Source: Vulcanimicrobiota bacterium (GTDB lineage Bacteria; Vulcanimicrobiota; Vulcanimicrobiia; Vulcanimicrobiales; Vulcanimicrobiaceae). From it: 64,000 nt of DNA. Where the stretch lies: assembly GCA_963833095.1 (NCBI GenBank), contig CAWHWQ010000001.1, forward strand, positions 800,001 to 864,000, in the 5' to 3' direction. The notes below the pieces were generated by a model. The model was not told the origin of the DNA and did no database searches. It saw only the letters and a list, made by a program, of their open reading frames with translations. This document shows, one piece after another, positions 42,273 through 52,217 of this stretch. The position numbers and the translations under genes were made by a program. Position 1 is the first letter of the stretch, and the number at the start of each line of letters is the position of its first letter.

Positions 42273-43024
42273 TGCCGCGCACGATCGTCGCCGGCAACTG
42301 GAAGATGCACAAGACCGCCGCGGAGACGCGCGCGTTCTTCGATGCCTTTCTTCCGCTGCCGCCGAGCTTCCCGAGCGCATCGACATCGTCGATCGCTCCG
42401 CCGTTTACCGCGCTCGCCACGGCGCCGAGATCTTGCGCTCGGCACCCGCGCATCGCGCTCGGCGCGCAAACGATGCACTGGGAACTGCAAGGCGCGTTCA
42501 CCGGCGAGATCAGCGCGCCGATGCTGCTCGAGTTCGGCGTGCGCTACGTGATCCTCGGCCATTCGGAGCGGCGCGCGTACTGCGGCGAGACCGATCGCAC
42601 CGTCAACTTGAAAGTGCAAACGCGCGCTCGCGCACGGCCTCACGCCGATCGTTGCGGTCGGCGAGACGCTCGAGGAACGCCAAGCGGGGCATACGGACGA
42701 GCGCGTCATCGCGCAGACCGCGCGGCCTTCGACGGCGTCTTGCCCGCCGACGAGCTCGCGCGCGTCGTTGTCGCCTACGAGCCGATCTGGGCGATCGGCA
42801 CCGGGGCGAATTGCGAACCGTCGAAGCCGATCGCGTGATGGGCGCAATTCGCAGCTGCGTCGCCGGGCTCGAGCGACGCGCCAATGCTCTACGGCGGCAG
42901 CATGAAGCCCGACAACATTGCCGTCGTACGCTGCGCAGCCCAACATCAACGGCGCGCTGGTCGGCGGCGCAGCGCTCGATCCGCAACGCGTTCGCGATGC
43001 TGATCGAAACGCCGCGCGACGATG
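42272..43024 (+). CDS. tpiA: Triosephosphate isomerase (multiple frameshifts; end approximate)
   Basis: [41 protein letters not shown]. Confidence 0.95.
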
Positions 43025-44559
43025 CATACGACCGCTCGTGCTCGCGGTGCTCGACGGCTGGGGCTGCAGCGACGGCGTACGGCAACGCGATCGCAGCCGC
43101 CAAACTGCCGCACTGGCGACGCCTTCTTCGAACGCTATCCATGGACGACGCTCGAAGCGTCCGGCGAAGCGGTCGGACTGCCCAAAGGCATCATGGGCAA
43201 CAGCGAAGTCGGCCACATGAACATCGGCAGCGGCCGCGTCGTGCCGCAAGGCGTCGTCCGTGATCGACGCCGACATCGCCGCCGGCGCGTTCGCAAGCAA
43301 CGCGACGCTGCGTCGCAATGCATCGAGCACGTCAAGCGCGCGGGCGACGCTGCACCTCATGGGCTTGCTCTCCGACGGGCAAGTGCACAGCTCGATCGAC
43401 GCATCTCTTCGCGCTGATCGACGCGGCGGTCGAAGCGGCCGTGCCGCTCGCCATCCACGCCTTTCTCGACGGCCGCGACGCGCCGCCGCGCTCGGCGCAC
43501 GTCTATATCGAAGCGCTCGAAGGCAAGCTCGACGCTTGGGCGCGCCGGGCTCGATCGCCACGATCTGCGGCCGCTTTTACGCGATGGATCGCGACCAGCG
43601 CTGGGAACGCACCGAGGCCGCCTACGACTCTGCTGGCTGCGCGGCCAAGCCGCGTATCACGAACCGACGCGCTTGCCGGCCTCGACGCCGCGTACGCGCG
43701 CGATGAGAACGACGAGTTCGTCCTGCCGACGATCGTCGGACCCACGCGAACGGTGCGCGACGGCGACGCGTGTATCTTCTTCAACTTCCGCCCCGATCGC
43801 GCGCGAATGACGAGCCTTCGACGCCAGCGCATTCAACGACGTTCAGCATCCTGGCGCAACGGCGATCTTCTGCGACCATGACGCAGTACGAGGAGAAGTT
43901 CCCCAATCCGGTGCTGTTCGGTCCGCGCCCGCAGTACGACACGTTCGGCGAGATCGTCGTCGCGCGCCGGCCTCTCGCAGCTGCGCCTGGCCGAGACCGA
44001 AAAGTACGCGCACGTCACGTACTTCTTCAACGGCGGCCGCGAGGAGGTGTTTCCGGGCGAGGATCGCGAGCTCATCCCCTCCGATCGTTCGGTGGCGACC
44101 TACGATCTCGCGCCGGCGATGCGCGCGCGCGAGATCACCGACATCGCCGTGCACGATATCGAACACCACGAGCACGACGTGATCGTCATGAACTACGCCA
44201 ACGCCGACATGGTCGGGCACACCGGCAAGTGGGAGCCGACGGTCGAAGCGGTCGAGATCCTCGACGGCTGCCTGCAGCGTCTCGCCGACGCCGTGCTCGC
44301 CGCCGGCGGGCTGCTCGCGATCACCGCCGATCACGGCAACGCCGAAGAGAAACTCGATGCGGACGGCAATCCGCTCACCGCGCACACGACCAATCCCGTG
44401 CCGTTCATCCTCATCTCGAGCGACATTCGCGGCGCGCTCGCGTCCGGCGGTAAGCTGGGCGATATTGCACCGACATTACTCGCGTTGGCCGGACTGCCGG
44501 TTCCCGCTGCTATGACTGGAAAGAATTTGTATGATCGATCGCCGATCCCCCAACGATAA
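43022..44559 (+). CDS. gpmI: 2,3-bisphosphoglycerate-independent phosphoglycerate mutase (multiple frameshifts)
   Basis: [52 protein letters not shown]. Confidence 0.95.
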
Positions 44560-45343
44560 ACTTCTCTCGGTCGATGCTTCGCGGATCGAAGAGACCGCCG
44601 GTGGTCCGATCGATCTCGCGATCATATTGGGAAGCGGCCTCTCTTCTGCGTTGCGCGAGGCATTCGCGCACGTCTCGATTCCCTACGATACGTTGCTCGG
44701 GATGCCGGTTGCGACCCTACGCGGTCACGCGGGCGAAGTGCTCGTGGGAACCTGGCAGGGCAAACGCGTCGCGGCATTCGCCGGACGCGTGCATCTCTAT
44801 CAGGGCTTTTCAGCCGTGCAAGTGACGACCAACGTGCGGCTTGCGCATGCTGCGGGCGCGCGCATTATCATCCTCACCAACGCCGCCGGCTCGCTGTCGG
44901 AAAAACTGCAGCCAGGTGACATCATGATGATCAGCGACCACCTCAACCTCACGGGACGCAACCCGCTCGTCGGGTGGCCGCACGACAATCCGTTCGTTGA
45001 CATGGCCGATGCGTATTCGTCGCGATTGCGCGCAATCGTTCATGCCGCCGCGAAGCCCGAACACCGGTTGCGGGAGGGCGTGTACGCGGGGCTGCTGGGA
45101 CCCAATTACGAGACGCCGGCGGAAGCCCACTACTTGCGCACGATCGGCGCCGACGCGGTCGGGATGTCGACCGTGCTCGAGACGATCTTCGCACGTTTCC
45201 TGAGCATGGGCGTGCTGGGCTTTAGCATGATTACCAACATGGTCGCGGCGGTGGGGACCAGTCACGGCGACGTGACCGAGCAAGGCGCCCATACCGGGCC
45301 GCTCCTGGCCGATCTCATCGGCGCCTTTCTCAAGAAGATTTAA
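44531..45343 (+). CDS. punA: Purine-nucleoside phosphorylase (trimeric type)
   Basis: [40 protein letters not shown]. Confidence 0.92.
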   Translation: MIDRRSPNDKLLSVDASRIEETAGGPIDLAIILGSGLSSALREAFAHVSIPYDTLLGMPVATLRGHAGEVLVGTWQGKRVAAFAGRVHLYQGFSAVQVTTNVRLAHAAGARIIILTNAAGSLSEKLQPGDIMMISDHLNLTGRNPLVGWPHDNPFVDMADAYSSRLRAIVHAAAKPEHRLREGVYAGLLGPNYETPAEAHYLRTIGADAVGMSTVLETIFARFLSMGVLGFSMITNMVAAVGTSHGDVTEQGAHTGPLLADLIGAFLKKI

Positions 45344-45465
45344 TCTGGGTCAAGGACCCTATCAGGAAGCCGCGTCATACTCGTGCGTGACGCAGGATGC
45401 GGAAGAAGGTCCGGAGCGCAGGATGCGGGGCCGCCTTTAGGCGGTCGGACCATCGGGAGTGGCAC

Positions 45466-45585
45466 ATGTTCAAAAATTTGCGAACCGCGTCCGATGAAAT
45501 GATCCTGGCCGAGGCCCTGATCTACTTCGTGTTTATTGGGACGCTGACGCTGGCTGCCACCCTCGCGTCACAATTGATCAAATAG
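45466..45585 (+). CDS. 39-aa single-TM small protein
   Basis: GGGAG SD 6 nt upstream of ATG; MFKNLRTASDEMILAEALIYFVFIGTLTLAATLASQLIK; stop abuts the convergent gene. Confidence 0.55.
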   Translation: MFKNLRTASDEMILAEALIYFVFIGTLTLAATLASQLIK

Positions 45586-45586
45586 A

Positions 45587-47098
45587 TCACCCACGCCAGC
45601 TAGGCAACCATAAGCGTTGCAGCCACGCGCTTTGCGAAATCGTCATCGACGAGAGGATCGGGAAAAAGTAGATGAACGCGAGCGCCACCAGACCCAGATA
45701 GCCGGCCACGATCCAGCGAGCCGCCTTGGGATCGAAGCTACCCATTTTCTCTAGAATATACTGCATCATCACCGTGTTGCAGATCGCGATCAACGGAATA
45801 TCGACGTAGAAGTGATACAGGAACGCGATGCGCGGCGAGAACATCCACGGCAGCCATTGCAGCAGATACGCCAGTACCACCAAGGCGTAGCCCCGATTGC
45901 GCCGCAGGAACGCGAGCACGCCCACGAGCGGAACCGAAATGAGCCCTGGCCAGAGCAGCAGCGGGTTGGGAAATGAGTAGATCATCGCGGCTGTCGTTGC
46001 GTCCTGATTTCCCGTACCGCCGTACTGCGCGCTGTAGAGCAAGGGGCGCAGATCAAGTGGCCACGTCCACCACGACGATGCGTAGGGATGCGTCGCGCGC
46101 AGGTGATCGTGATATAAGAATGCGTTGACCTGCATCGCAACCACGTCGCTTACCGTATATGGTCGCGGTGGAAGCGTCTGAAGATCGCGCAGGCCAATGA
46201 AGTGTGGAATGTACGCAAGCGCATAAACGATGCCCACGCTGCCGATCACGGTCGCCGCAACCAGATCGATCGGGAAAGGCGAAGCCCGCCGCGCAGTCCA
46301 GGCGCGAATCGCGGCGTAACCGACGACCACGGCCGCGACCCCGTACGCCATCACGCCATACCATTTGCTCGCGACGAGCAACGCAGCCGCAAACGCAAAG
46401 GTCAACAGCCACGCCGCACCAGGCGGACGCTCGCGCCACAGCCGGTACGCAGCATAGAAACAGGTGGAAAAAATGACGAGAAGCACGATGCGTGCCGCCA
46501 ATGTTTCGTGACCGAAGCGCGCCAAGACGATGATGACGCCAAGCGCGAGGCTTGCGATTCCCTCGAGCCCTCGTTCTTTCCAACCACGATGGCCGATGGG
46601 TTGTTCGGGCGCCTCCACCACCGCGTCCCAGTAACGGCAAAACGCGTAGAGCGTCAGCATCGAAAAGCAGACGACGAACGCTTCGGGGGTAGCGATGCGC
46701 GACTGCGCGTAGTGCATCCCGTCGAGACCGAACAGGACGGCGGCGTACGCGCCGAAAAGGGTCGAGCGTGTGATACGCTTGGCTAGGTAGAAGCAGATCA
46801 CGACGGCGAGTGCGCCGGCAACGACGTTCAAGAAACGCCAGCCGTACGACGTGTCGCCGTTCGGCAATCCGCCGAACATGATGACCGAGAGCGTGATCAA
46901 CAGTTTGGTCACCGGCGGGTGCGTGTTCTCGTAAATGTAACGCCGTTGGAGATACTCCTCAGCGGCCCGCGCGAAGTAGACTTCGTCGAAAATCTTCCCG
47001 GGCGGCACCCAATAGCGAATGAAGAGCAGGATGAACGAGGCGATGCCGAGTGCCGCAGCGACCGCAGCATCACGGAGGCGTTGAGCGCGCGCGATCAC
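45587..47098 (-). CDS. Protein O-mannosyltransferase (GT39/Pmt family)
   Basis: IFDEVYF, ENTHPP..K, GWRF, SRIA, ASKW.G, HPYASSWWTWP, FLYH. Confidence 0.85.
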   Translation of the reverse strand: MIARAQRLRDAAVAAALGIASFILLFIRYWVPPGKIFDEVYFARAAEEYLQRRYIYENTHPPVTKLLITLSVIMFGGLPNGDTSYGWRFLNVVAGALAVVICFYLAKRITRSTLFGAYAAVLFGLDGMHYAQSRIATPEAFVVCFSMLTLYAFCRYWDAVVEAPEQPIGHRGWKERGLEGIASLALGVIIVLARFGHETLAARIVLLVIFSTCFYAAYRLWRERPPGAAWLLTFAFAAALLVASKWYGVMAYGVAAVVVGYAAIRAWTARRASPFPIDLVAATVIGSVGIVYALAYIPHFIGLRDLQTLPPRPYTVSDVVAMQVNAFLYHDHLRATHPYASSWWTWPLDLRPLLYSAQYGGTGNQDATTAAMIYSFPNPLLLWPGLISVPLVGVLAFLRRNRGYALVVLAYLLQWLPWMFSPRIAFLYHFYVDIPLIAICNTVMMQYILEKMGSFDPKAARWIVAGYLGLVALAFIYFFPILSSMTISQSAWLQRLWLPSWRG

Positions 47099-47349
47099 GT
47101 GGCGAGCGGTACGGGGGCAGGGGCGGGTATCGCGGCGATGCTCGCAGGCGGGGCCGTGACCGTCCCGTATCCGCCGGCAACGATCGCGAGCGTTGCGACG
47201 AAGGCAGCCGCCGCCAGCATCGATCGCGCGCGCCGCCGCTCGCGACCACGCGCTTGCGCGACCGCTCGTGCTCGCACGCCTTGCGCAGCAAAGGGCGGAA
47301 TCGTAACGTCGAGCGCGCCACGCAGGGCGGCGCGCAGGTCAACCGGCAT
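47095..47349 (-). CDS. Small single-TM putative anti-sigma factor
   Basis: Overlaps the ECF sigma stop; short basic cytoplasmic part then one TM. Confidence 0.5.
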   Translation of the reverse strand: MPVDLRAALRGALDVTIPPFAAQGVRARAVAQARGRERRRARSMLAAAAFVATLAIVAGGYGTVTAPPASIAAIPAPAPVPLAT

Positions 47350-47911
47350 CGAAGAGAACCTCGGCAAGGGGAGAGGAGGAGCGATGCGTCGAGAGCAGCG
47401 CTTCCAGGCGCCGACGCGCGAGGGCAAGATGATAGCGAACCGTGCCGTCGGGCATCCCGACGATCGCGGCAATTTCCCGGCTATTCAAATCTCCGTAGTA
47501 ATGCAGCGCGATGAGCGCGCGTTGAGCCGGCGGCAACTTCCCAAGGGCGCGCAACACGTCAACGCGGATCAGTACGTCGGTCAGCGGTGAGGCTGAGGCG
47601 AGCATTCGAGAATCGAGCGAATCGTGAACGCGCGTCCGTCGCTCGATAGCAAGCGCTTCGCGCACTACCAACCGGTAGAACCACACACCGAAAGCTGCGG
47701 GCGAACGCAGACCCGCAATCGCGCGCACCATGCGCGCGCAGGCTTCTTGCGCCGCGTCTTCAGCGGCCATGGGATGCCGCAAGATCGACAACGCGATGCG
47801 GTACGCGTGCGGCCAGGTTGCCGACAGCAGCGCGTCGACCGCAGCCTCGTCGCCCGATCGCGCAGCATTGATTGCCTCCGCGTGCTGATCCCACTGTTGC
47901 ATGCTGGCCAT
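47339..47911 (-). CDS. ECF sigma-70 factor
   Basis: AEDAAQE, FGVWFYRL, LP..QR.LI.L.Y...L...EIA..VG...GTV. Confidence 0.9.
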   Translation of the reverse strand: MASMQQWDQHAEAINAARSGDEAAVDALLSATWPHAYRIALSILRHPMAAEDAAQEACARMVRAIAGLRSPAAFGVWFYRLVVREALAIERRTRVHDSLDSRMLASASPLTDVLIRVDVLRALGKLPPAQRALIALHYYGDLNSREIAAIVGMPDGTVRYHLALARRRLEALLSTHRSSSPLAEVLFDAG

Positions 47912-47950
47912 CTCTTCATACTAGAGGCGCCAACTCCCCCAAAGTGTTGG

Positions 47951-48259
47951 CTACTCGGCGCGATAGCTGCCGCTGGGATCGATCGAGACGCGGCTTGTGC
48001 CGATGAAGGCGCTGCGAACGCGGTGGTCCCAAAAGGTGAGAATCTTCACGACGACGGGCCGCAGGCGCGCAATGATCTCGCGCGCGCGCTGTGAGACGGT
48101 GACCGCGTCGCGCGCCCACTTGGGATGATCTCGCGGGAGCAGCGTCGACTCGGCGTCGCTCTCGTCAACCGGCGTAACCGCCTGCTCGGGCGCTGCGGCG
48201 CCCGCGTACGACTGGGGCGCCTGCGCGCGGCCCTCGTCGCCGTCAAGGCGCCGTAGCAT
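47951..48259 (-). CDS. Hypothetical protein
   Basis: 102-aa ORF overlapping the end of fliA, same strand, fills the gap. Confidence 0.5.
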   Translation of the reverse strand: MLRRLDGDEGRAQAPQSYAGAAAPEQAVTPVDESDAESTLLPRDHPKWARDAVTVSQRAREIIARLRPVVVKILTFWDHRVRSAFIGTSRVSIDPSGSYRAE

Positions 48260-48914
48260 GCAGACTCCGGCGGAGTTTTTTCATGGCAGCGATATGCAAC
48301 TGCGAGGCTCGCTGGGGCGAAATGCGCAGGCGCCGCCCCACCTGACGCAGGGACCATTCACCGTAGTAATGATCGCGAATCACTTGGCGCTGGCGCGGCG
48401 GAAGCGCGTCGACGGCGCAAGCGATCGTTTCGCGGTCGCAACGCTCTTCGAGGAGGAGGGCGGGATCGTTGCTCCAGTCACTGCAGATGCGCTCGCCCTC
48501 GGGAAGCGGACGATCAAGCGAGAGCGGCACGCCCTGCGCGACGGCAAGTGTTGCACGAAGAAATCCGGGGCGCCGCTGCTCCATCTCCGTAAGTGTCGGC
48601 ACGCTACCGCGCTCCCCGGCAATCGCAAAGCGTTCGATCTCGCCGTCGCGCATCGCGCGGCGCGTTCGCTCGGCGACGGGATCCATGCGCCGAATCCCGT
48701 TGAGCATCGCGCCCGAAATCAGGTGGCGCGCATAGTGCTCCAGCGATGTCCCGCGCGCGGGATCGTAGTTGTCGACCGCGCGGATCAATCCGATGCTTCC
48801 GTCGCCGACGAGATCGTCGTAGTCGCACGGCACCAGGCGGCTAATCCGCCGGGCGATTCGCTTGACCAGCGGCAGCAGCGCGCGTATTTGCGCCTCGCGC
48901 TCGAGTTCACTCAT
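48243..48914 (-). CDS. fliA: FliA/WhiG-family sigma factor (sigma-28-like)
   Basis: PLVKRIA, DDL...G.IGLI.AVD.YDP.RG, R.MD, LSLD, S..RASQLH. Confidence 0.8.
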   Translation of the reverse strand: MSELEREAQIRALLPLVKRIARRISRLVPCDYDDLVGDGSIGLIRAVDNYDPARGTSLEHYARHLISGAMLNGIRRMDPVAERTRRAMRDGEIERFAIAGERGSVPTLTEMEQRRPGFLRATLAVAQGVPLSLDRPLPEGERICSDWSNDPALLLEERCDRETIACAVDALPPRQRQVIRDHYYGEWSLRQVGRRLRISPQRASQLHIAAMKKLRRSLHATAP

Positions 48915-49101
48915 GACCTTCCAGCCGCGCAGCGATCAACGATCCGAAACCGTGGGCGTCGCGTTGTGCGATCGATTGCGCCAGCGCGCCGACGCCGTAG
49001 TCGCCAAGGGCATCGAAGCCCGCCGCGAGCGGCTTGAGCGTCGTCGCCAAAAAGAGCGCTTCCAGCGTCATGCCGACGCGCTGCGCGGAGAGACTATCCA
49101 C
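48907..49101 (-). CDS. Small protein, possibly a minimal FlgJ-like rod-binding protein
   Basis: 64 aa directly after flgG; LEALFL..TLK...LAQSIA...GFG pattern and position resemble FlgJ N-domain. Confidence 0.4.
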   Translation of the reverse strand: MDSLSAQRVGMTLEALFLATTLKPLAAGFDALGDYGVGALAQSIAQRDAHGFGSLIAARLEGHE

Positions 49102-49819
49102 GTTGCAAGTTGTTGGCGATGCGCAGCATTTCATCGGCCGCCTGTATGCCTTTGGCATTGGCCTCGTAGGCTCGCTGCGCGGTGAGAATCTGCATCATCG
49201 ACTCGACGATCGAGACGTTGGATTGTTCGAGCATACCAAAGCGCAGCTTGGGGCCGTTCTCGTTGCCGGGCGTGATCCAGCGCGGCGACCCCGACTGGCG
49301 CGTCTGCGTGAACAGCGCACCGTCAGCGCTCTGCAGCTTCTCGGGTGCCGGAAACTGCGCGAGCTGCAGGTGCGCGACGGTTTTCACTCCGTCTACGGCG
49401 GTAATCGTCACCGCGCCGTCTTCCCTAACGCTTGCCGAAAGCGCGTCCGCGGGAATATGTACGCCGGCAAGCTGCCATCCTTGCGCGTTGCGCAATGTGC
49501 CGTCGGCGGCGCGCGCGAACTCGCCCGCGCGCGTATAGGCGCGACGCGAGCCGTCGGTCACGAGGAAAAACCCCTCGCCGTCGATCGCGACGTCAAACGG
49601 TCCATTGCTGCGCTCGAGCTTTCCGGCTTTGAAGAGCGGATGCTCGCCGCTACGCACGGTCCCCGCGCCCGATTCTCCCGGTGCGGCAAGCGCGGTGAAT
49701 TCGTCCTGCGAGCCCTTGAAGCCGACGACGTCGGCGTTGGCGAGATTGTTGGCAATCGTGTCGAGGTTCTGCTGCTGGGCCGCCATGCCGGTCGCGGCGG
49801 CGAAAAGCGCGCGGTCCAT
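49094..49819 (-). CDS. flgG: Flagellar basal-body rod protein FlgG
   Basis: ATGM.AQQ.NLD.IANNLAN, DVAIDGEGFF, YTRAG.F, LEQSNV, AQRAYEAN.K. Confidence 0.88.
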   Translation of the reverse strand: MDRALFAAATGMAAQQQNLDTIANNLANADVVGFKGSQDEFTALAAPGESGAGTVRSGEHPLFKAGKLERSNGPFDVAIDGEGFFLVTDGSRRAYTRAGEFARAADGTLRNAQGWQLAGVHIPADALSASVREDGAVTITAVDGVKTVAHLQLAQFPAPEKLQSADGALFTQTRQSGSPRWITPGNENGPKLRFGMLEQSNVSIVESMMQILTAQRAYEANAKGIQAADEMLRIANNLQRG

Positions 49820-50422
49820 CTACTTGATCCTCGCCACGTCGTTGCTGCTTTTTTGGCGCACGCCGTCGATAGCGGCCACGACCTTCTGCGCGCTCTCGAA
49901 CGAGCGCTGGGAGGTGAGCACGCCGATCATCTCTCCGATAGCGTCGACGTTGGCGGTCTCGATGAAGCCGCCGCGCAGCGTGGCATCTCGTCCAACGACG
50001 ATACGATCGATCAGCTTACCCGCGAGCAACACGCGCCCGCGCTCATCGATCGTTGCCCCAAGCGGGACGCGAAGCGGCCCGCGCAATCCAAGCAGCGCGC
50101 GCCCTTGCTCGTCGCGCAGCGCGCCGAACCGATCGCGCTCGAATGCTCCATTGCGCGTGGCGCTTACCGCGCCGCCGGGATATTGCACGCGGAACGCGCC
50201 TGGGCCAACGATTGCAAAATCGAAAGGCCGGCCGGTGTGCCGGTACGCGCCGTGACCCGGTGCGCTCGCCCGCGTAATCTCGACGCCGCGGTCGGTCAGG
50301 CGTCCCCGCGCCACGGCAGCATGAAAGCCGTCGCTCGAGACGTTGGCCAAATTTTCGGTTGCAATATCGAGTCTGCTCCGCGCCGCAACCATGGCGCTCG
50401 ACGCCCACGCGATTCCATCCAT
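49820..50422 (-). CDS. Flagellar hook-basal body rod protein (FlgF-like)
   Basis: LDIATENLAN, TGRPFDFAI.G.G.F, TRNG.F, ETANV...EM...QRSFE. Confidence 0.8.
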   Translation of the reverse strand: MDGIAWASSAMVAARSRLDIATENLANVSSDGFHAAVARGRLTDRGVEITRASAPGHGAYRHTGRPFDFAIVGPGAFRVQYPGGAVSATRNGAFERDRFGALRDEQGRALLGLRGPLRVPLGATIDERGRVLLAGKLIDRIVVGRDATLRGGFIETANVDAIGEMIGVLTSQRSFESAQKVVAAIDGVRQKSSNDVARIK

Positions 50423-50466
50423 GCGCGCATGGTAGACGGCGTCTATGGCCGAATCGTGAACGCCAT

Positions 50467-50832
50467 ATGGCAAACCTATGGTTGCGCGCAGGCCTCGGGT
50501 TGACACTTCTGCTCGGCGCGGCGTGCGCGCCGCATCCGACCGCGCAAGAGCAAATCGACGCGACGGAAACGACGGCGCTCGCGCCCCTCAAAGCTAAGTA
50601 TCCCGACATCGTCGTAGCGTTCGACCCCAAAGGGACGCGCCTGGATATTTCGATCGATGCGAACGGCTACATATCGATCAGTGACGACGACGTCGAGCGG
50701 TTCAAGGCCGGCGCGTCACGCGACTGGCTCGCAGCTTGGACCCTGGCGCATCCGCATCAGCATGCGCAGCTCACCGTGCGACTGGTGGATTTCATGGGAC
50801 GCGTCTGGGTGACCGAGCACACGAAGGCTTGA
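50467..50832 (+). CDS. Hypothetical lipoprotein
   Basis: LLLGAAC lipobox-like signal. Confidence 0.65.
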   Translation: MANLWLRAGLGLTLLLGAACAPHPTAQEQIDATETTALAPLKAKYPDIVVAFDPKGTRLDISIDANGYISISDDDVERFKAGASRDWLAAWTLAHPHQHAQLTVRLVDFMGRVWVTEHTKA

Positions 50833-50891
50833 GGCTTCTTAATATGGGCGTTCGGCCCCCAGGGGGTTCGACGTGCTATCATCGACCCAGA

Positions 50892-51221
50892 ATGAAAACA
50901 CTTTTCTTCGCGCTATCGGCGGCGGTCGTGCTTCTCCTAACGACTGTACCTTCGACGGCGCTTGCGGAAAACGATATCACCATTACGAATCGAAGTTCAC
51001 GGGTGATCCAGTTCATCTACATATCGCCCTCGGGTGAAAAGAACTGGGGCGAGGACTGGCTCGCTGCAGCAAAGTACGGTGTTATCGTGCCGGGCGATCA
51101 TGCCATGTTCAGAATCGATCAGGGTTGCATGGAGGACATCAAGGTCACGTTTACGGACTTCAGTTCGAAGGTGTGGTATAACTTAGACACGTGTAAAAAC
51201 GATATTGCGGTAACTGACTAA
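50892..51221 (+). CDS. Small secreted protein with two Cys
   Basis: Signal peptide; ITN.S...I..IYISP....WGEDWL. Confidence 0.7.
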   Translation: MKTLFFALSAAVVLLLTTVPSTALAENDITITNRSSRVIQFIYISPSGEKNWGEDWLAAAKYGVIVPGDHAMFRIDQGCMEDIKVTFTDFSSKVWYNLDTCKNDIAVTD

Positions 51222-51226
51222 AGGTC

Positions 51227-52216
51227 TTAAAAGAGCGCCACACAGCCCGAGGAGACGAGACCGCCGCCGAAGCCCATGATCAGCACCCGATCCCCGGGCT
51301 TCACGCGGCCATCGCGCAGCGCCGGAATCAGCGCCAGCGGAATACTCACCGCCGAGGTGTTCCCGAACTCGGTGACCGAGAGCAGCGTTCTCTCGATCGG
51401 AAAACCGATACGCTTGCACAACGCTTCGATCATGCGCTCGTTCGCGCTGTGCGGCACAAACCAATCGATGTCGTCGAGCGTCAAACCCGAGCGTTTGAGT
51501 ATCCGCTCGATGTCGCCCGGAATGTTTTCCAGCACCCAGCGGTAGACTTCGCGGCCATTTTGCCGCAGTTGCTGCGATTCGTCGACTTTACCATTGATCT
51601 CGCGCCGCACGCCGGTTCGATAGAGAAACCGGCCGCCGGTTCCATCCGAGCCGTGGCTCATGCCGAAAATCTGCGGTTGGTCGCTTCGCTCGATCAGCGC
51701 CACTCCGGCGCCGTCGCCGAAGAGCACCGCCGTCGAGCGATCGCCGTAATCGACACTGCGCGTGAGCGCTTCGGCGGCAATGGCCAGCACGCGATCGCAC
51801 TCGCCGCTAGCAATCAGTCCGCACGCGAGATTGATTCCGTAGGCAAAGCCCGCGCAGGCGGTTGCAATGTCGAGTGCGCCAACCGTCTTGGGCAGATCGT
51901 AGTGCGCCTGCAGCATTGCCGAGAGGCTGGGGTAGGCATAATCCGGTGTGGTCGAGGCCACGATCAAGTAGTCGACGTCGCGCAGCACAACCTGCGGATG
52001 ATGCGCGAGCAGATCGTCGATCGCGCCGACCGCGAGGTGACTCGAATATTCGCCCTCGCTCACCACGTGACGCACACGAATGCCGGTGCGCTGGACGATC
52101 CACTCGTCGGTCGTCTCGAACATCTTCTCGAAATCTGCGTTCGTAAGAACGCGCTGCGGCACGTACATGCCGGTTGCGCCGATGCGCGCGGGCGCGCTGA
52201 CGAAGTGGTCGCGCAA
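51227..52216 (-). CDS. fabH: Beta-ketoacyl-ACP synthase III
   Basis: ACAGF, LFGDGAG, FVPHSAN, FGNTSAVS, GFGGGL; start approximate. Confidence 0.93.
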   Translation of the reverse strand: MRDHFVSAPARIGATGMYVPQRVLTNADFEKMFETTDEWIVQRTGIRVRHVVSEGEYSSHLAVGAIDDLLAHHPQVVLRDVDYLIVASTTPDYAYPSLSAMLQAHYDLPKTVGALDIATACAGFAYGINLACGLIASGECDRVLAIAAEALTRSVDYGDRSTAVLFGDGAGVALIERSDQPQIFGMSHGSDGTGGRFLYRTGVRREINGKVDESQQLRQNGREVYRWVLENIPGDIERILKRSGLTLDDIDWFVPHSANERMIEALCKRIGFPIERTLLSVTEFGNTSAVSIPLALIPALRDGRVKPGDRVLIMGFGGGLVSSGCVALF

Positions 52217-52217
52217 C

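Noticed and set aside
42041..43561. 506-aa antisense ORF, and similar long ORFs such as 49034..50503, 53474..54763 and 28315..29367
   Set aside because: Shadow ORFs opposite well-supported genes in high-GC DNA, with no recognisable motifs
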